Source: Chara braunii (Eukaryota > Plantae > Charophyceae). Taken from it: a DNA stretch of 62,776 nucleotides. The notes beneath the pieces were generated by a model. That model made no database searches. It worked only from the letters and a program-made list of their open reading frames with translations, and was not told the DNA's origin. Location: contig BFEA01000039.1 of NCBI GenBank assembly GCA_003427395.1, positions 1,631,608 to 1,694,383 of the forward strand, in the 5' to 3' direction. This document shows positions 1 to 11,447 of this stretch, piece by piece (within the stretch, counting starts at the first letter, position 1; each line of letters opens with the position of its first letter). The position numbers and the translations under genes were made by a program.

Positions 1-81
<81 letters not shown>
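1..81. repeat. (GA)n microsatellite
   Basis: Uninterrupted AG dinucleotide run. Confidence 0.98.
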
Positions 82-84
<3 letters not shown>

Positions 85-379
85 TGCTTCACTGTCTACG
101 AAGTGGTTCTGACACGTGCTGCTCCGTTTCTTCTTTGGCTTTTGCGTTCCAGGAAATGCTCCAAGATGCACGCCCAGCATTACGGCTCACATGACAGCAC
201 TACTTTCTACACCTCCCCCGGCGAACAGCAACTGCCAAGTGGGTTGGATGCTGATTACTTGATTCATACATTACAAGACAAAACCTGTTTCACAGCATGG
301 CACACTTATATTGAAGGTGACTTTCGACAACTACCCCCGGCCGATTCTCAATCTCACCATCTTGGCCTACCGAACTGAG

Positions 380-414
380 ACACACATACGTGCACTTGCA
401 CACGAACACACGCA

Positions 415-469
<55 letters not shown>

Positions 470-528
470 CATTCTTGGCACACGCCCACACGCCCACACA
501 CGCCCACACACACACACACACGCACACA

Positions 529-579
<51 letters not shown>
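380..579. repeat. Compound (CA)n microsatellite upstream of NCAPH2
   Basis: CA runs with CACG/CGCC interruptions; they account for the HT/CV-repeat ORFs in the track. Confidence 0.95.
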
Positions 580-582
<3 letters not shown>

Positions 583-834
583 CAAAGCTCAGCAAGCTGA
601 GCAATTGAGCAGGGCGTGGCGTACGTACAGGATGGGTTGATCGCAAACCTATTCAGAAAGCAGACTGTGAATCGGAATGCGTTCGCTTTGTTCCTGCTCT
701 ACGAAGAATACCGCGGGCAGGCAGGAAGGCGAGGCACCCCGGACCAACCCCTCCTCCCGTCTCCCCCCCCCCCACCCCCCACCCCCACCTCCACATCCAC
801 CGGCGGGCAATCGTGACGGTTCTTATGGTGCACG

Positions 835-3624
835 ATGACGAAGTCCTATGGCGAGGCTGATGCAGAGCATCAGGCCGAGGAGAGGGAGAACAGGTTCGCA
901 CACCTTTTGCAGCCCATTCGTGACCTCTCTGCCAACTGGAACATCGACTTGGCCAAGGAGTTGGAGGCCTACCTAGCAGAACTCGAGGGGATAAAGTTTT
1001 CTGTTGACGACAACGAATTGTTGCTGAGCTTCAACTTTTCGGAAGCTGCCCTTCTTTTGCAAGGCTCAGCAGCCATCTATGGCAGGAAGGTGGAGCACTT
1101 GCATGCCTTAGTGTTTCAGGCCTTGGCCCTGTTCCAGCGGCGAAGTGAGGAAGAGGGTGAAGGTCAGGAAGATGGCGGAAACGGAGCGGACGAGCGTCGT
1201 CCCAAGCGCGGGGAGAGCAGAGATGGTGGTGGTGGTGAAGAGGAGGACTTTGCAATGTTCATGTCTTCTGGAGAGCTTGACATGGCTGCCAGCAAAGACA
1301 TCAACCTGGGCACGTCCTTGGATGATCAGATGGAAACCAGCAGATCGGCAGCTGCTGCTTCGGGTCGCATGCCTGAGATTCTGCTAGCTATCGAGGAAGA
1401 CGTCCAGCCCGGGGCCAATGGGACAGGAGTGTTCTCTGCAGAAATTGCATCGTACAAGACCAAAGCTTGTGGTATGCACCGCTCGGGGGCATTGCTGCTG
1501 CATCTGAGAGATGGAGATCATCTCGGTGTCGATCTGTGTCCCATAACCGATGCTTCGGCAGCACGCGCAGGCACAGATGGCGGCGGCAAAGCTGTCAGCC
1601 CGGACAGAGCGCAGAGGGCGTCTTCCAAAACTGACGGCTTGCACGGGGATGTTCCAATGGAGCAGCATCCTGGGCCGGCTGCTGCTGCTGGGCGCGAGGA
1701 GGCTCCTGTCGATGGTAATTGTGATGCTGATGATGTGGCGGGTCTCAATGACATGGATTTTGGAGGAAGCAGCCCTATGCAATGTGAGGATTTTGGTTAT
1801 GATAATAGAGCTTGTCAGTCGGGAAACCCTGCAGAATTGCCAACGCCAAATAGATGTCGACAACAAGAGGCCGAGCGCAATGGCCCGGAGGAAGAAGAAG
1901 AAGAGGAGGAGGAGGAGGAGTTTGAAGATCCATGGGAAGCCCTGGATCCGTACGATCCGGGTGACCCATCCCTGCAGAAACCTATAAAGACGTGGGAAAG
2001 AGGAAGTCGATGGAAAAGAATGACGGAGCCGCGACGTCCAAAAGGGGCTGGAGGCGCTCTCAAGAAGGAGCCTTTTCCTTTGGCTTCGCCAAATTCTCCT
2101 CTTTACCAGGACTTCTTGGGGGTCTTGCATAAAATAAAGCTCTTGCAGAGCAGGGACAAGAAGGGTGATTCTTCTCGACATGGGAGGAGTCGGTCTGCGG
2201 CACCAAATGCCTTTGAGGATCCGCAGCATGACCCAGTTGGTGTCTTTGCTGCTGCTGCTGCTGCTGCTGCTGAGGATAATGATGTTGGCAATGGATGGGA
2301 CTGTAATGAGCACCTGGACGGCGATTACGGAGGAGGAATATCAGACTGTGAAATGGGCAATGGAGATGTGGAAGGACAGAAAGAAGGCAATCCAGGAGCC
2401 TCTGGCAGTGGAAAGAATGCAGATGGCACCGAGGGAATGGTGTTTGATGGGTTAGGAGAGAATGCAGATTGCCAGAACTTGTATGAAGATCTCTGTCGTG
2501 CTCAGATCGATGAGATGCTGAAAAGTGCAGCAGCTGCAGAAGTGCAGTCCGAGCTCGCTGCGCGTGTGGCAGAGTGGAAGACGAAGATAGAGCCTGCACT
2601 GGAGGTTCAAGATGCACGCCCTGAATTCGACATCCATGCTTACGGTGAGAGACTTCTGGATCGCCTGGAAGTCGCCACAGCGACGCAAGGTATTGCCGCC
2701 TCTCAGCAAAAGAGCAACGGGAAAAAGTCATCGTTCTCGAACCTGGTATCCGGTTTTAAAAAGTATGACGTCTCTAGGTCTTTTGCAGCCATGCTTCAGC
2801 TTGTAAATAATGGCAACATCAAGCTGGAACTGGAGGGCAACAGTCTTCCGTTCTGCTTCACCGCTTCCAACACCTTCAGCGTCAGACTCCTCAACACGCG
2901 AAAGCCGCACCAGGAAATGCTCCGCCGTCAAGCCTTATCTCCAACTGCCGCTGCCGCTGGCAAATCCATTCCTTGTTCAAAAGGAAAGGATGCTGCGTCT
3001 CGGCCAACGCAGGGGCCATTCCGACAACCCACCACGGCGTCTCACGCAACCAAGTCAGCTCGCAATGCCGCTCGGCAGCCCGCTCGCGCTGGGGTGGCAG
3101 AGGGCCCTGGTGTGACACCTGTGGAACCAGAGGTGTTGGATGGCTGTTTGACTCAAGAGCGCCATGGGCCAACCACCCCGGTGCAACAAGGTACAAAGCG
3201 ACAAAAGAAGGCAAGGACCCCTGAACCGTCCACAACGGTTTCGAGAAGCAGATTGCCCTGTGGAGACATCAACTCAGTGCGGCGAGTTGCTGTTCCGATT
3301 AGAACACACCTCACTCGTGCAGCAGCGGCGTCCCCATCTACACCGGAATGGGCACGGTTAGGGAGAGTGGCAGCGGGAGGAGCACGGAAGCTTGAAGAAT
3401 ACGTGAACAGGGAGAGGAAGAGACAGGCGGGCCCAACTTCGTCACCGCAAAGAGATGTGGAAAATACACCCAGGTCCCCTGGCAGAAGGGAAGCAAGGAA
3501 TGCAGCAAAGGTAGGACAGAGGATGCAACAAGATGCAGCAGTTTCAAAGCAAACACCAGATGGAAAGAAAAGGCGCAAATCGCAGCGGGCGGCTGGGCGA
3601 GAAGCGCTACATGTGATTAAGTGA
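835..3624 (+). CDS. NCAPH2: Condensin II complex subunit H2 (kleisin-beta, CAP-H2), single exon, 929 aa
   Basis: N-terminal kleisin motif RFAHLLQPIRDLSANWNIDLAKELEAYL...NFSEAALLLQGSAAIYGRKVEHLH; middle DPWEALDPYDP motif; C-terminal YEDLCRAQID...RVAEWKTKIEPALE..DARPEFDIHAYG...DVSRSFAAMLQLVNNGNI. A basic S/T-P-rich tail follows. Confidence 0.95.
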   Translation: MTKSYGEADAEHQAEERENRFAHLLQPIRDLSANWNIDLAKELEAYLAELEGIKFSVDDNELLLSFNFSEAALLLQGSAAIYGRKVEHLHALVFQALALFQRRSEEEGEGQEDGGNGADERRPKRGESRDGGGGEEEDFAMFMSSGELDMAASKDINLGTSLDDQMETSRSAAAASGRMPEILLAIEEDVQPGANGTGVFSAEIASYKTKACGMHRSGALLLHLRDGDHLGVDLCPITDASAARAGTDGGGKAVSPDRAQRASSKTDGLHGDVPMEQHPGPAAAAGREEAPVDGNCDADDVAGLNDMDFGGSSPMQCEDFGYDNRACQSGNPAELPTPNRCRQQEAERNGPEEEEEEEEEEEFEDPWEALDPYDPGDPSLQKPIKTWERGSRWKRMTEPRRPKGAGGALKKEPFPLASPNSPLYQDFLGVLHKIKLLQSRDKKGDSSRHGRSRSAAPNAFEDPQHDPVGVFAAAAAAAAEDNDVGNGWDCNEHLDGDYGGGISDCEMGNGDVEGQKEGNPGASGSGKNADGTEGMVFDGLGENADCQNLYEDLCRAQIDEMLKSAAAAEVQSELAARVAEWKTKIEPALEVQDARPEFDIHAYGERLLDRLEVATATQGIAASQQKSNGKKSSFSNLVSGFKKYDVSRSFAAMLQLVNNGNIKLELEGNSLPFCFTASNTFSVRLLNTRKPHQEMLRRQALSPTAAAAGKSIPCSKGKDAASRPTQGPFRQPTTASHATKSARNAARQPARAGVAEGPGVTPVEPEVLDGCLTQERHGPTTPVQQGTKRQKKARTPEPSTTVSRSRLPCGDINSVRRVAVPIRTHLTRAAAASPSTPEWARLGRVAAGGARKLEEYVNRERKRQAGPTSSPQRDVENTPRSPGRREARNAAKVGQRMQQDAAVSKQTPDGKKRRKSQRAAGREALHVIK

Positions 3625-3805
3625 GAACACCTGTACAGTGTAACTTTCTCTCCTTGGTTCAACACACTTGCTTAACTCTAGTGAAATGTGTGCTTGAACC
3701 TGAAGCGCCACAAGGAAGAGTTGTCCAGAGCTTTGCTTGCGTCCCATTCTGTATTTTATTCTGTGTTACGTGCTTTTTTACCATCTTATGGAGCTGCTGT
3801 CAATG

Positions 3806-3811
3806 AATAAA
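3806..3811 (+). promoter_or_regulatory. Candidate polyadenylation signal AATAAA of NCAPH2
   Basis: AATAAA about 180 nt after the stop codon; position only. Confidence 0.3.
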
Positions 3812-3948
3812 AGAGTGAGCTCCAAGGGAGGCCCCACCAAGCGTCACTCAGTGGCCCCCATGCACTTCCTAATTCCGATTGACCCAAAGGGTGATGGAGA
3901 TTGATCTCTGTGCGCGCACAATCGGCCGCTAACTTAGTTGGGAGAAGT

Positions 3949-3981
<33 letters not shown>

Positions 3982-4124
3982 GCGCTTGGGCAGCTAGTGC
4001 ACATTGGAGGCTGCTGTGGAAACATGTTTTCGGGGCCTCTTAACGTTCTTATTGAAGGCCTACTTGGAATTCATTCTATAGAGAAATAGTGATCTGTGAG
4101 TGCTTCAAAATCATCTGTCATTAC

Positions 4125-4253
4125 TTATTCTTTAGCATTTCTCATGTTATTTTTAGCATTTCTCATGTTGTTTGTAGAATTTCTCATGTTATTTTTAGAA
4201 TTTCTCATGTTATTTTTAGAATTTCTCATGTTATTTTTAGAAGTTCTCACGTT
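4125..4253. repeat. 21-bp minisatellite, about 6 copies (TTATTTTTAGAATTTCTCATG)
   Basis: Direct tandem copies visible. Confidence 0.9.
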
Positions 4254-6608
4254 ACTGTATTTGAACTGATTGTCTTCCCACAATTTTATAAATGCAATGC
4301 GCCGGCGGAATGTGAGAATGAGAACAGATGAAGCTACATTGTTATTGGGACTGTTTGTGCTCTATCATTTTTTGTGCTCTGGCATCTTTTTTTTTAGCAT
4401 CTGGGATTATGCAGCTGCTGTTCAGTCCTCCTTTTGTGCGCTAGCATCTGGGAGTGCAATACAGGATGCAGAATAGATTTCTGGGGTTCGAGGCCTGAAA
4501 TTCTTTCCGATTTGTCCAGGGTTCTTTTGAGACGGGTCTTGTGTGCGTTGAAATCTAAGAGTGGGAGGTTTAGGGTTTAGGGCTTTCTGAGGTTTAGAAG
4601 CGCTGTTATGCTAGTCAGCACTTTGCTCAGTGCAGGTGCTGGTGGAGAGATGAAGATTACCAGGAAAACTCGATTTTTTCATTGCATTAGACCGCACAAG
4701 CCTCTCTGATGATGCTCCAAACTCGACATGACTTTAGAAAGCCTCCGTGTGTCTTGCCTCTATGTTCCCCTCCGAGTCAGAGGCAAGACACACACACACA
4801 CACACAGGCAAGACACACACACACACACACACACACACAGATGACGCTCCAACGGAGGCGTGTGTCTTGCCTCTGTGTTCCCCTCCATCCTGTTCTCCTT
4901 CCCTCACTCTCACTCTCTCACCCACCCTATAACTCTCTGTGTCACTTGCTCTCAGTATTTTCCGCCCCACCTAAACCACTACCTTCACGAAATTTGGCAA
5001 TATTTGAACTCTTACTTTGCATGAGGATTAAGAGTTGTAGATGTGTAACATACTAACATCCAGCAGCACGTTTGTCCTGGCAAGCCCTGTGTAGAATTGC
5101 AATGCAAACGACTTTTGCTGAGGGTCACATCGGAATGTCTCATGAGACCGAAGTCACCAAAGATTAAAAAAAAAAGAAAATAACAGAATTAGACCAAGGT
5201 ACCCCCCTTAACCCCCTTCCTTAGCCCCTTTATTTCCCCATTCCTCCCCCTTGACGATCAACACTTAAATAAAGGAAACGGTACGGATTTGGCCTCCTCT
5301 GGATGGCCATGCGTGGAACAAAAAAAAAAAAAAAAACATTGCCAAACAAAATAAATAAAAAATTTGACCCCACTTATCCCCATGCCTGGGGACCACCTCT
5401 GCATCTCTCCGGTTTTATGTTCTATCTCTATCTACCTGTGGTGTAATCCTTGCTTCCCCTCCGTTGAGCGGTCTTTTGAAAGCATGACTGAAATAGGCTG
5501 GTGCGGTCTGAAACCGGCAGTAGACGGGCACCTGGGCCGCGGGGCTGACACCTCGAATTCTGGCAGTGCGAAATGAAAACGCGACCACTGATCCAATCTT
5601 TTTTTTATCGACGCCAGGCCCAGCGTTTGACGTTTCGGCCTCGCTCGTTTTTTTGTGGCGACAAGTTTCGGACTGCAAGGCTGGGGACGTGTACTTGTGG
5701 TTTAAACCGGTAGTACACAGCCGCAGGCAACGTGAGACAACAAATGTTTCTCTCCGCAAACTTTGGAGGCTCAGCGCTACAGCCTACCGGACTAACAGTT
5801 TTGCTTTGCCAGCCAAAAAAGAAAAGGAGTGCGCCGCTGGCAGTTTGGCAGAGCATGGCGTGTCAGTGCGAGTCTGCCCGTAGATGGGGTGGACTGGTCC
5901 TTTCAACCATCCATGGGCAGGTTCCTGGGAGTAGGACTCACTCAAGGGTTATGGGGGTATAATATGGTATATACTATATATATAGGTTTGTCCTTGTCTT
6001 TTCTTTTTCTGGGACAACTCGGTTGTCTCAGACATGGATGGGTTTGTGAACTTTGTTCCAATTCTTTTTTGTATTTTTTTGCTAAAGGAAGTTTTTTTTT
6101 GGCCAAGGGCAATGGGACGGCCTTGGAGATACCATCTTTGAACTGACTGGCCCCAGGTAATTTCGAAGTTATTTTCACTCATTTGATTCCAGTGGAATTG
6201 GAACTCAGGCCTGCATTTCAACAGTTCATGCGTTTGTTCCAAGTCCAAGGAAGAACAAATTCTCTACCTGTCTGTGAGTTGTGGAAGTAGCAGATGTCAG
6301 AGCTTGCATATCATCGGCGTTTGCATTCGATGTTGAGGATCATGTCAGCCAACACCAATTTCCAGAGTAGACAGTCTTCTCTGACATTGGAAGTCAGCTG
6401 CTTGTGCTGAGACCTACCATTCCCCACGGGTGATGGGATGTCCACCGGCTGTGCGCTTTTATTGCGCAGTGAAGAAAAAAAAAATAGTGGACTTGGTCCC
6501 ACTTGCGTCGCTGTCTGTCGATTTTCCAACGGCTAGATCTATCCGTCATGGACAATGGTCCCCCACTTACCCGGATTCTGTGTTTCTTGGTCGTCGATTC
6601 TCGTAATC

Positions 6609-6612
<4 letters not shown>

Positions 6613-6700
<88 letters not shown>

Positions 6701-6701
6701 N

Positions 6702-6783
<82 letters not shown>

Positions 6784-6796
6784 AGAGAGAGAGAGA
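6613..6796. repeat. (GA)n microsatellite with a single N at 6701
   Basis: Dinucleotide run. Confidence 0.98.
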
Positions 6797-8803
6797 TCCA
6801 CACAGTTTTCAGTCCAAGAAATAATCTGAATCTTGCTGAGGAGATTCGTGCATTTGCTGAGACTCAGAGTCTTACCTGGGTTCGACCTGAGATTTCTGAG
6901 ATTTCCTTGAGAATGTGAAACGATGTCTATTCTGCTAAGTTATGGATGGGTTGTGGCTAAGTGTTTTCTGTAGTAACGAGTTTGTGCTTTGATCCGGGCC
7001 TGGGAGGACTTACGTGAAAATGCTGAGCTTGTAGGGGTAGCGAGGTGACTTGGGTACAACGGTAGGTACATAGATTCTAGTGGGGGCAAATTTCTAGATT
7101 TCAGAAATTTCACGTCGTTTCTGGCCCGGGATGCTTCACTGAGGGCTGTAAATGGATTTGAGCTCCGTCGGGGGGGGATATGTCTGCAATTTGTAAGGCC
7201 TCGAGGGGTATGACTGAAACTTGGCCTAGGGCACAGATGTATAGACAAGAGTACGACGGACAGGGACATAACGGTCAAATTGCAGGGACCCAATAGGGAT
7301 TTTCAAGCAACTTGGAGAGGCCCTGTGTCCGGTAGACTTAGAAGAAGTCTTTATACCGGCGGGAGCGGATGTAATGCAGACTGGTGTGAGGTTAGGTATG
7401 GGCGGTTCTACGAACTGGTCTCTCTCAGTTGGTTACACCCCTGAACTGAATTGTTGAAGTACAGACCTGAGTTCGAACTCCACTGGAGTTAGATGAGTGA
7501 AATATTGTAATTCTGAATTACCCACGGCCGGTCAGTTCAGTGATGATATCTCAAGGCTGTTGCCCTTCAAAAAAAGAAGGAAAAAGGTTTGGCCGGTTCC
7601 AAGAGAGATTAGGTCTGCAATCATTTTCTTGCCTTGTTAGAGTGCTGGTTCGCCTGGAGGCACCGTGGGTAGGGGCTAGAGCCTTTGGTAAAGGAAGAGC
7701 GTGGCTGTAGGACCCACCAGTCCAGCCAATGTATCATTTGCTGTGTTGGTTTAGCTGCTCACTTTTCCCGCAATCGTCATGCAGCTCCACCCAGATGGTG
7801 AGAAGCGGAGCAGCGAGGGAGCTTGAGGTGAGGGAGGTGACTTCCAGGGATGTGGAGGTTGCATGTCAAGGCGACAGTACAGAGCAATTGCTGAAGATGA
7901 TCCTCAATACACCAGACAGACAGACTGACGAGAGAGGGGGGAGAAGAAGAAGGCACACAAGAAGATGAGTGCCCCGAACGCGACTTGTTTCAAAAGAATA
8001 AGCGATGAAGCACATCGGAAACAGAAGCTTCCGACCGGCGTTACGACCCGACCGGTTTCGCCTGGCCGCCAACCAGGTCTGATCAGGGGTCTAAAGTCAC
8101 ATAGTGGACACTAGTCTAAAAAGCTAAATATACTTAGTAAGACACCTGAGAGAAACCACCTTTACCTAGTCAGCCGGCCCATACCCAACAGCCGTGCAGT
8201 ATCAAAGACAAATCGAAAGTTCAAATCGGAAAAGGTTCAAAAAAAGGGGGGGAAACAGCCTAGTGGCACTAAGGTCTAAACACTCGACAGACGCCGTGAT
8301 CAAACCCCGCAGCCTATTTTGGAAAAAGTAGTCCTAAACCGAACCGGCATTCAAGGCAAGGCATCAGTCCACGGCTCAAATCCCACAAAAAAGGGGGTTG
8401 GACTTCCTGTACGCGTCAAAAAACTAAAACCCCTTAATACCCCACCAGTCCCATGTTCAAATCATAGCCTCCGCCTAAACAAGTATTAAATCCAAAAATA
8501 CCCCTTCTCTAAGTTCTCTCAGAATAACCAGTCCCGTGTTCAAACCCAACGATTATCCACAGGTTAACGTCAAGACACCTCTTTTTTTAAAGACGAATGG
8601 AGGTTGGGTAGGAGGTTGAAGAAGAATATTTTGGCTATCAAGATGGGCATTATCCATGTTTTTCCTGAAGTTTCTAGAATCCTTTTTCATAGTTCTCAGA
8701 TTGTTCTTAGCCGAAGCCAGGTAATGGCCCTGGTATTTCAAATCATTTGCATAATTCTATATGGGACGGTGGGCCCGGTTCCCAGCCTGAGCACGTGTTC
8801 CCC

Positions 8804-8834
<31 letters not shown>

Positions 8835-8952
8835 AAAAAGAGAGATGGGCGTTAGTACCCATGGTGGACATGTAGAAGAAGAGACCAAGAGCACAGGAAG
8901 AAGAAGAAGAGGGGTACCGCGATGAAGACTTAGCTTTGGCTGTGGCGGACTA

Positions 8953-9058
8953 CCTTCTTCCCCCGAATACAACGTACAGTCACTTCACCGCGGCATTTGG
9001 GGTATCTTTCAGTCTAAATACAGCTATAATGACCGTACGTTGGATTCGGTGGCACATT
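8953..9058. mobile_element. Degenerate copy of the ~110-bp TA-flanked CCGT-terminus MITE family
   Basis: TACCTTCTTCCCCCGAATACAACG and AAATACAGCTATAATGACCG match the element at 60577-60681. Confidence 0.55.
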
Positions 9059-10553
9059 CTTTGGAGACCGGACGCCACGGGACCAGAATGGCTGGCAGTG
9101 CCAGTCAAAAAAAAAAAAAAAAAAAGAACTTGTGCTGGCACTTTGGCAAAGCTTGGCGCACAGTTCTTTTCGCCTTGGCGGAAAGAGGCTTGGAGGTAGT
9201 TGTGGTAAAAATAAAACAAGCCAGAAAACAAACAAACAAACAAACAAACAAACAAACAAACATTGTCATGATTGCTTATACATTTTGTGAAAGTGCAACC
9301 ATGCGTACGCCCCTAGTTCCCCTATGTCCCCAAAAAAAAAAAAAAAAAAAAAAAAAAAGTTCCCCTATGAGCAGTGACTATTCCTTGGCTAGCCCTCCAG
9401 TATGCCAACGAATGTCACATCTGACAAAAAAAAAAAAAATCACATCTGAGAGCTACCAGCAGCAAGAAAACCCTCGGGCAAGGTCACACTGGTAGCAAAG
9501 ACCCACTCAGGCTGACGGATGCTCCTGCATGAAGGGTTTCAACCACCGACCAGTCCTGGCTCCTGCTGGCCAAAATGTAGGCTTTTTTTTTTTTTTTTTT
9601 TTGGAGAAAAAAGCTCCATCTATTGGTGTGGAGCAGGCTTGTGTACAAGCACAGTGAAATTTCAACCAGGTGGAAGTCCGGTAGGAGGCTGGGCATTTGA
9701 TCACCGTTGGGTTGGGGAATTAGATGGCAGGTGGAGCGGTATTTACCGTAGTCAGGCCTTGGCTGTTTTGGTGCCTGTCAGCAGTGCTGGCCTGTGACAC
9801 CAGGCCCTCAGCACTATTCCTCCAGCCCACCGCTGGACTGTACTGCAGGCACTGCCTGGCTGCTAGATTTCCCCCCTATTGATCTCTTTCTACTCGCCCA
9901 AACACAAGCAAGACAAAACAGAAGAACGGAGAAGTTCATCGAACCTGGCCATGTGGAGGGAGAAGAAAGTGTAACCAGGCTTCCATCTGCGAATCTTTAT
10001 AATCCATCAATCACATCGTCAGTGTAGATAAAATCCAGGCTGGGGTTTTCCCATCTTCTAAAATCAAATCTGATCTTAGCAGCTTGTCTGACAGTTGAAT
10101 CTTAGTCTTTGACTGAAGATAGTGAGACTTTCAGGGCTTACAAGGATGCAAAAAGAAAAAAATGGCGTAAGTAGTACGGCGCAGTCACGTTTTCAGTTCT
10201 AAATCCACTTCAGGCGTCCCTCGAATACCAAACATCCCCACCCAACCCTAAAGCTGGCTGGGTTGGATACAATCACGATTCTCCTCGCTTTGTGACAAAG
10301 TTCGTGAAACCGCGACTGAAACGCATTTAAAAGTTAAAACTGAAAACCTTGACTGCGCCCTAGTTCCCCCCCCAAAAAAGAAAGGGAATTGGGTCCTCCA
10401 TAATCTTCGTATCTTACTTCTCATGATATGCAGAGATGGTTTTACGGACAAAATTTAGGCTTTCAACTTTAGGCAAAGAAAAGCCAGAAAAAGCAATCAC
10501 AGCAAGGATGCGATTGCCCTTGACCATCTATGATATTGCCGGATTGTTATGAG

Positions 10554-10797
10554 TTAAGCGACCATTACGTTTCCCAGCCATTTTTTCAGAGTTGTGGTGC
10601 CCATGCTGCCACGTCGCTCAGGAAGTACTGAGGTGCCATTTCGCTGGACATCCATCCAGGCAAAACGGGCCTTGCATGCGACCTGTTTTGCCTGGATGGA
10701 TGTGCTGCAAAACGGCACCCGGGTACTTCCGGAGCGACGCGGCAGCATGCATGCCGCGGCTCCGAACAAATGGCTGGGAAACGTACTGGTGGCTTAA
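10554..10797. mobile_element. 244-bp fold-back (whole-length palindromic) MITE-like element bounded by TTAA
   Basis: Left arm TTAAGCGACCATTACGTTTCCCAGCCATTT...CATCCATCCAGGCAAAAC pairs with right arm GTTTTGCCTGGATGGATG...AAATGGCTGGGAAACGTACTGGTGGCTTAA. Confidence 0.85.
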
Positions 10798-11447
10798 ACC
10801 ACCAGGTCACCCGAGGACGCTGAGTCGATGAAGCTAGCTACCTTCCGAAGGCTTGCAAGCCTGCGACTGCTCCTGTTTTCAAAGTGGCCTGCCACTTTTG
10901 CTACCGGCCCAGGCCCGAATCGAAATGACCTTACCGTGTAAACTGGCAAGAGCAGTGATCTACTTCCGGTGAACTGGCGGTTAACTTAAAGGGAAGTTAA
11001 ACCAGCATTAAACAGCCCAGCGTTTCACGAGAAAAAGAAAACACCAGTTAACCCGCAGCCACGTAAAAGGCTGGAAGTGCACCTTGCTGCACTACTCTAC
11101 AGTGCACAATTTGTAGAGTTGGGCCATTACTGCACTAACTCTACAAAATTACATCTAGCTGTCAGAAAACATGCACGACGAGAACTCTACAAGGCTGTAG
11201 AGCCCCGAGCCTGCAACAGCCATTGGTTGTAGAGTCCCTCGTTGGTCTTCAAAGAGCGCCCAAATTTGGAGAGTGGACCTGGAGTCTGGGCGGAGAAACC
11301 GTACTTTGAGCTGTCCTTCTGTGCTCTCGAGCTTTGCATAGTTAAGCGTTGGAGAGAGCGGTGGCCCAATTTCCGACGTTTTCGATGGTCTGACAGCTAT
11401 ACACAAACTGTAAGGAAATTTCTAGAGTGTGGAGTAGAGTAGCAAGC

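Noticed and set aside
290-646. HT/CV-, ER- and LS-repeat ORFs here and at 6394-6918, 16389-16919, 59755-60077 and 61605-62028
   Set aside because: Translations of microsatellites or N gaps.
1384-2731. Long antisense ORFs over NCAPH2 (and 56297-58237 over the kinase)
   Set aside because: Shadow frames of GC-rich coding sequence with no motifs.
4567-4582. TTTAGGG telomere-like repeats (also CCCTAAA twice at 17958-17971)
   Set aside because: Only two units each; too short to support a telomere or healing event.
6200-7500. Possible decayed retroelement coding sequence
   Set aside because: No motif could be identified with confidence in any frame.
11092-11442. Possible MITE with CTACTCTAC..GTAGAGTAG ends
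   Set aside because: Inverted match is short and no clear duplication is visible.
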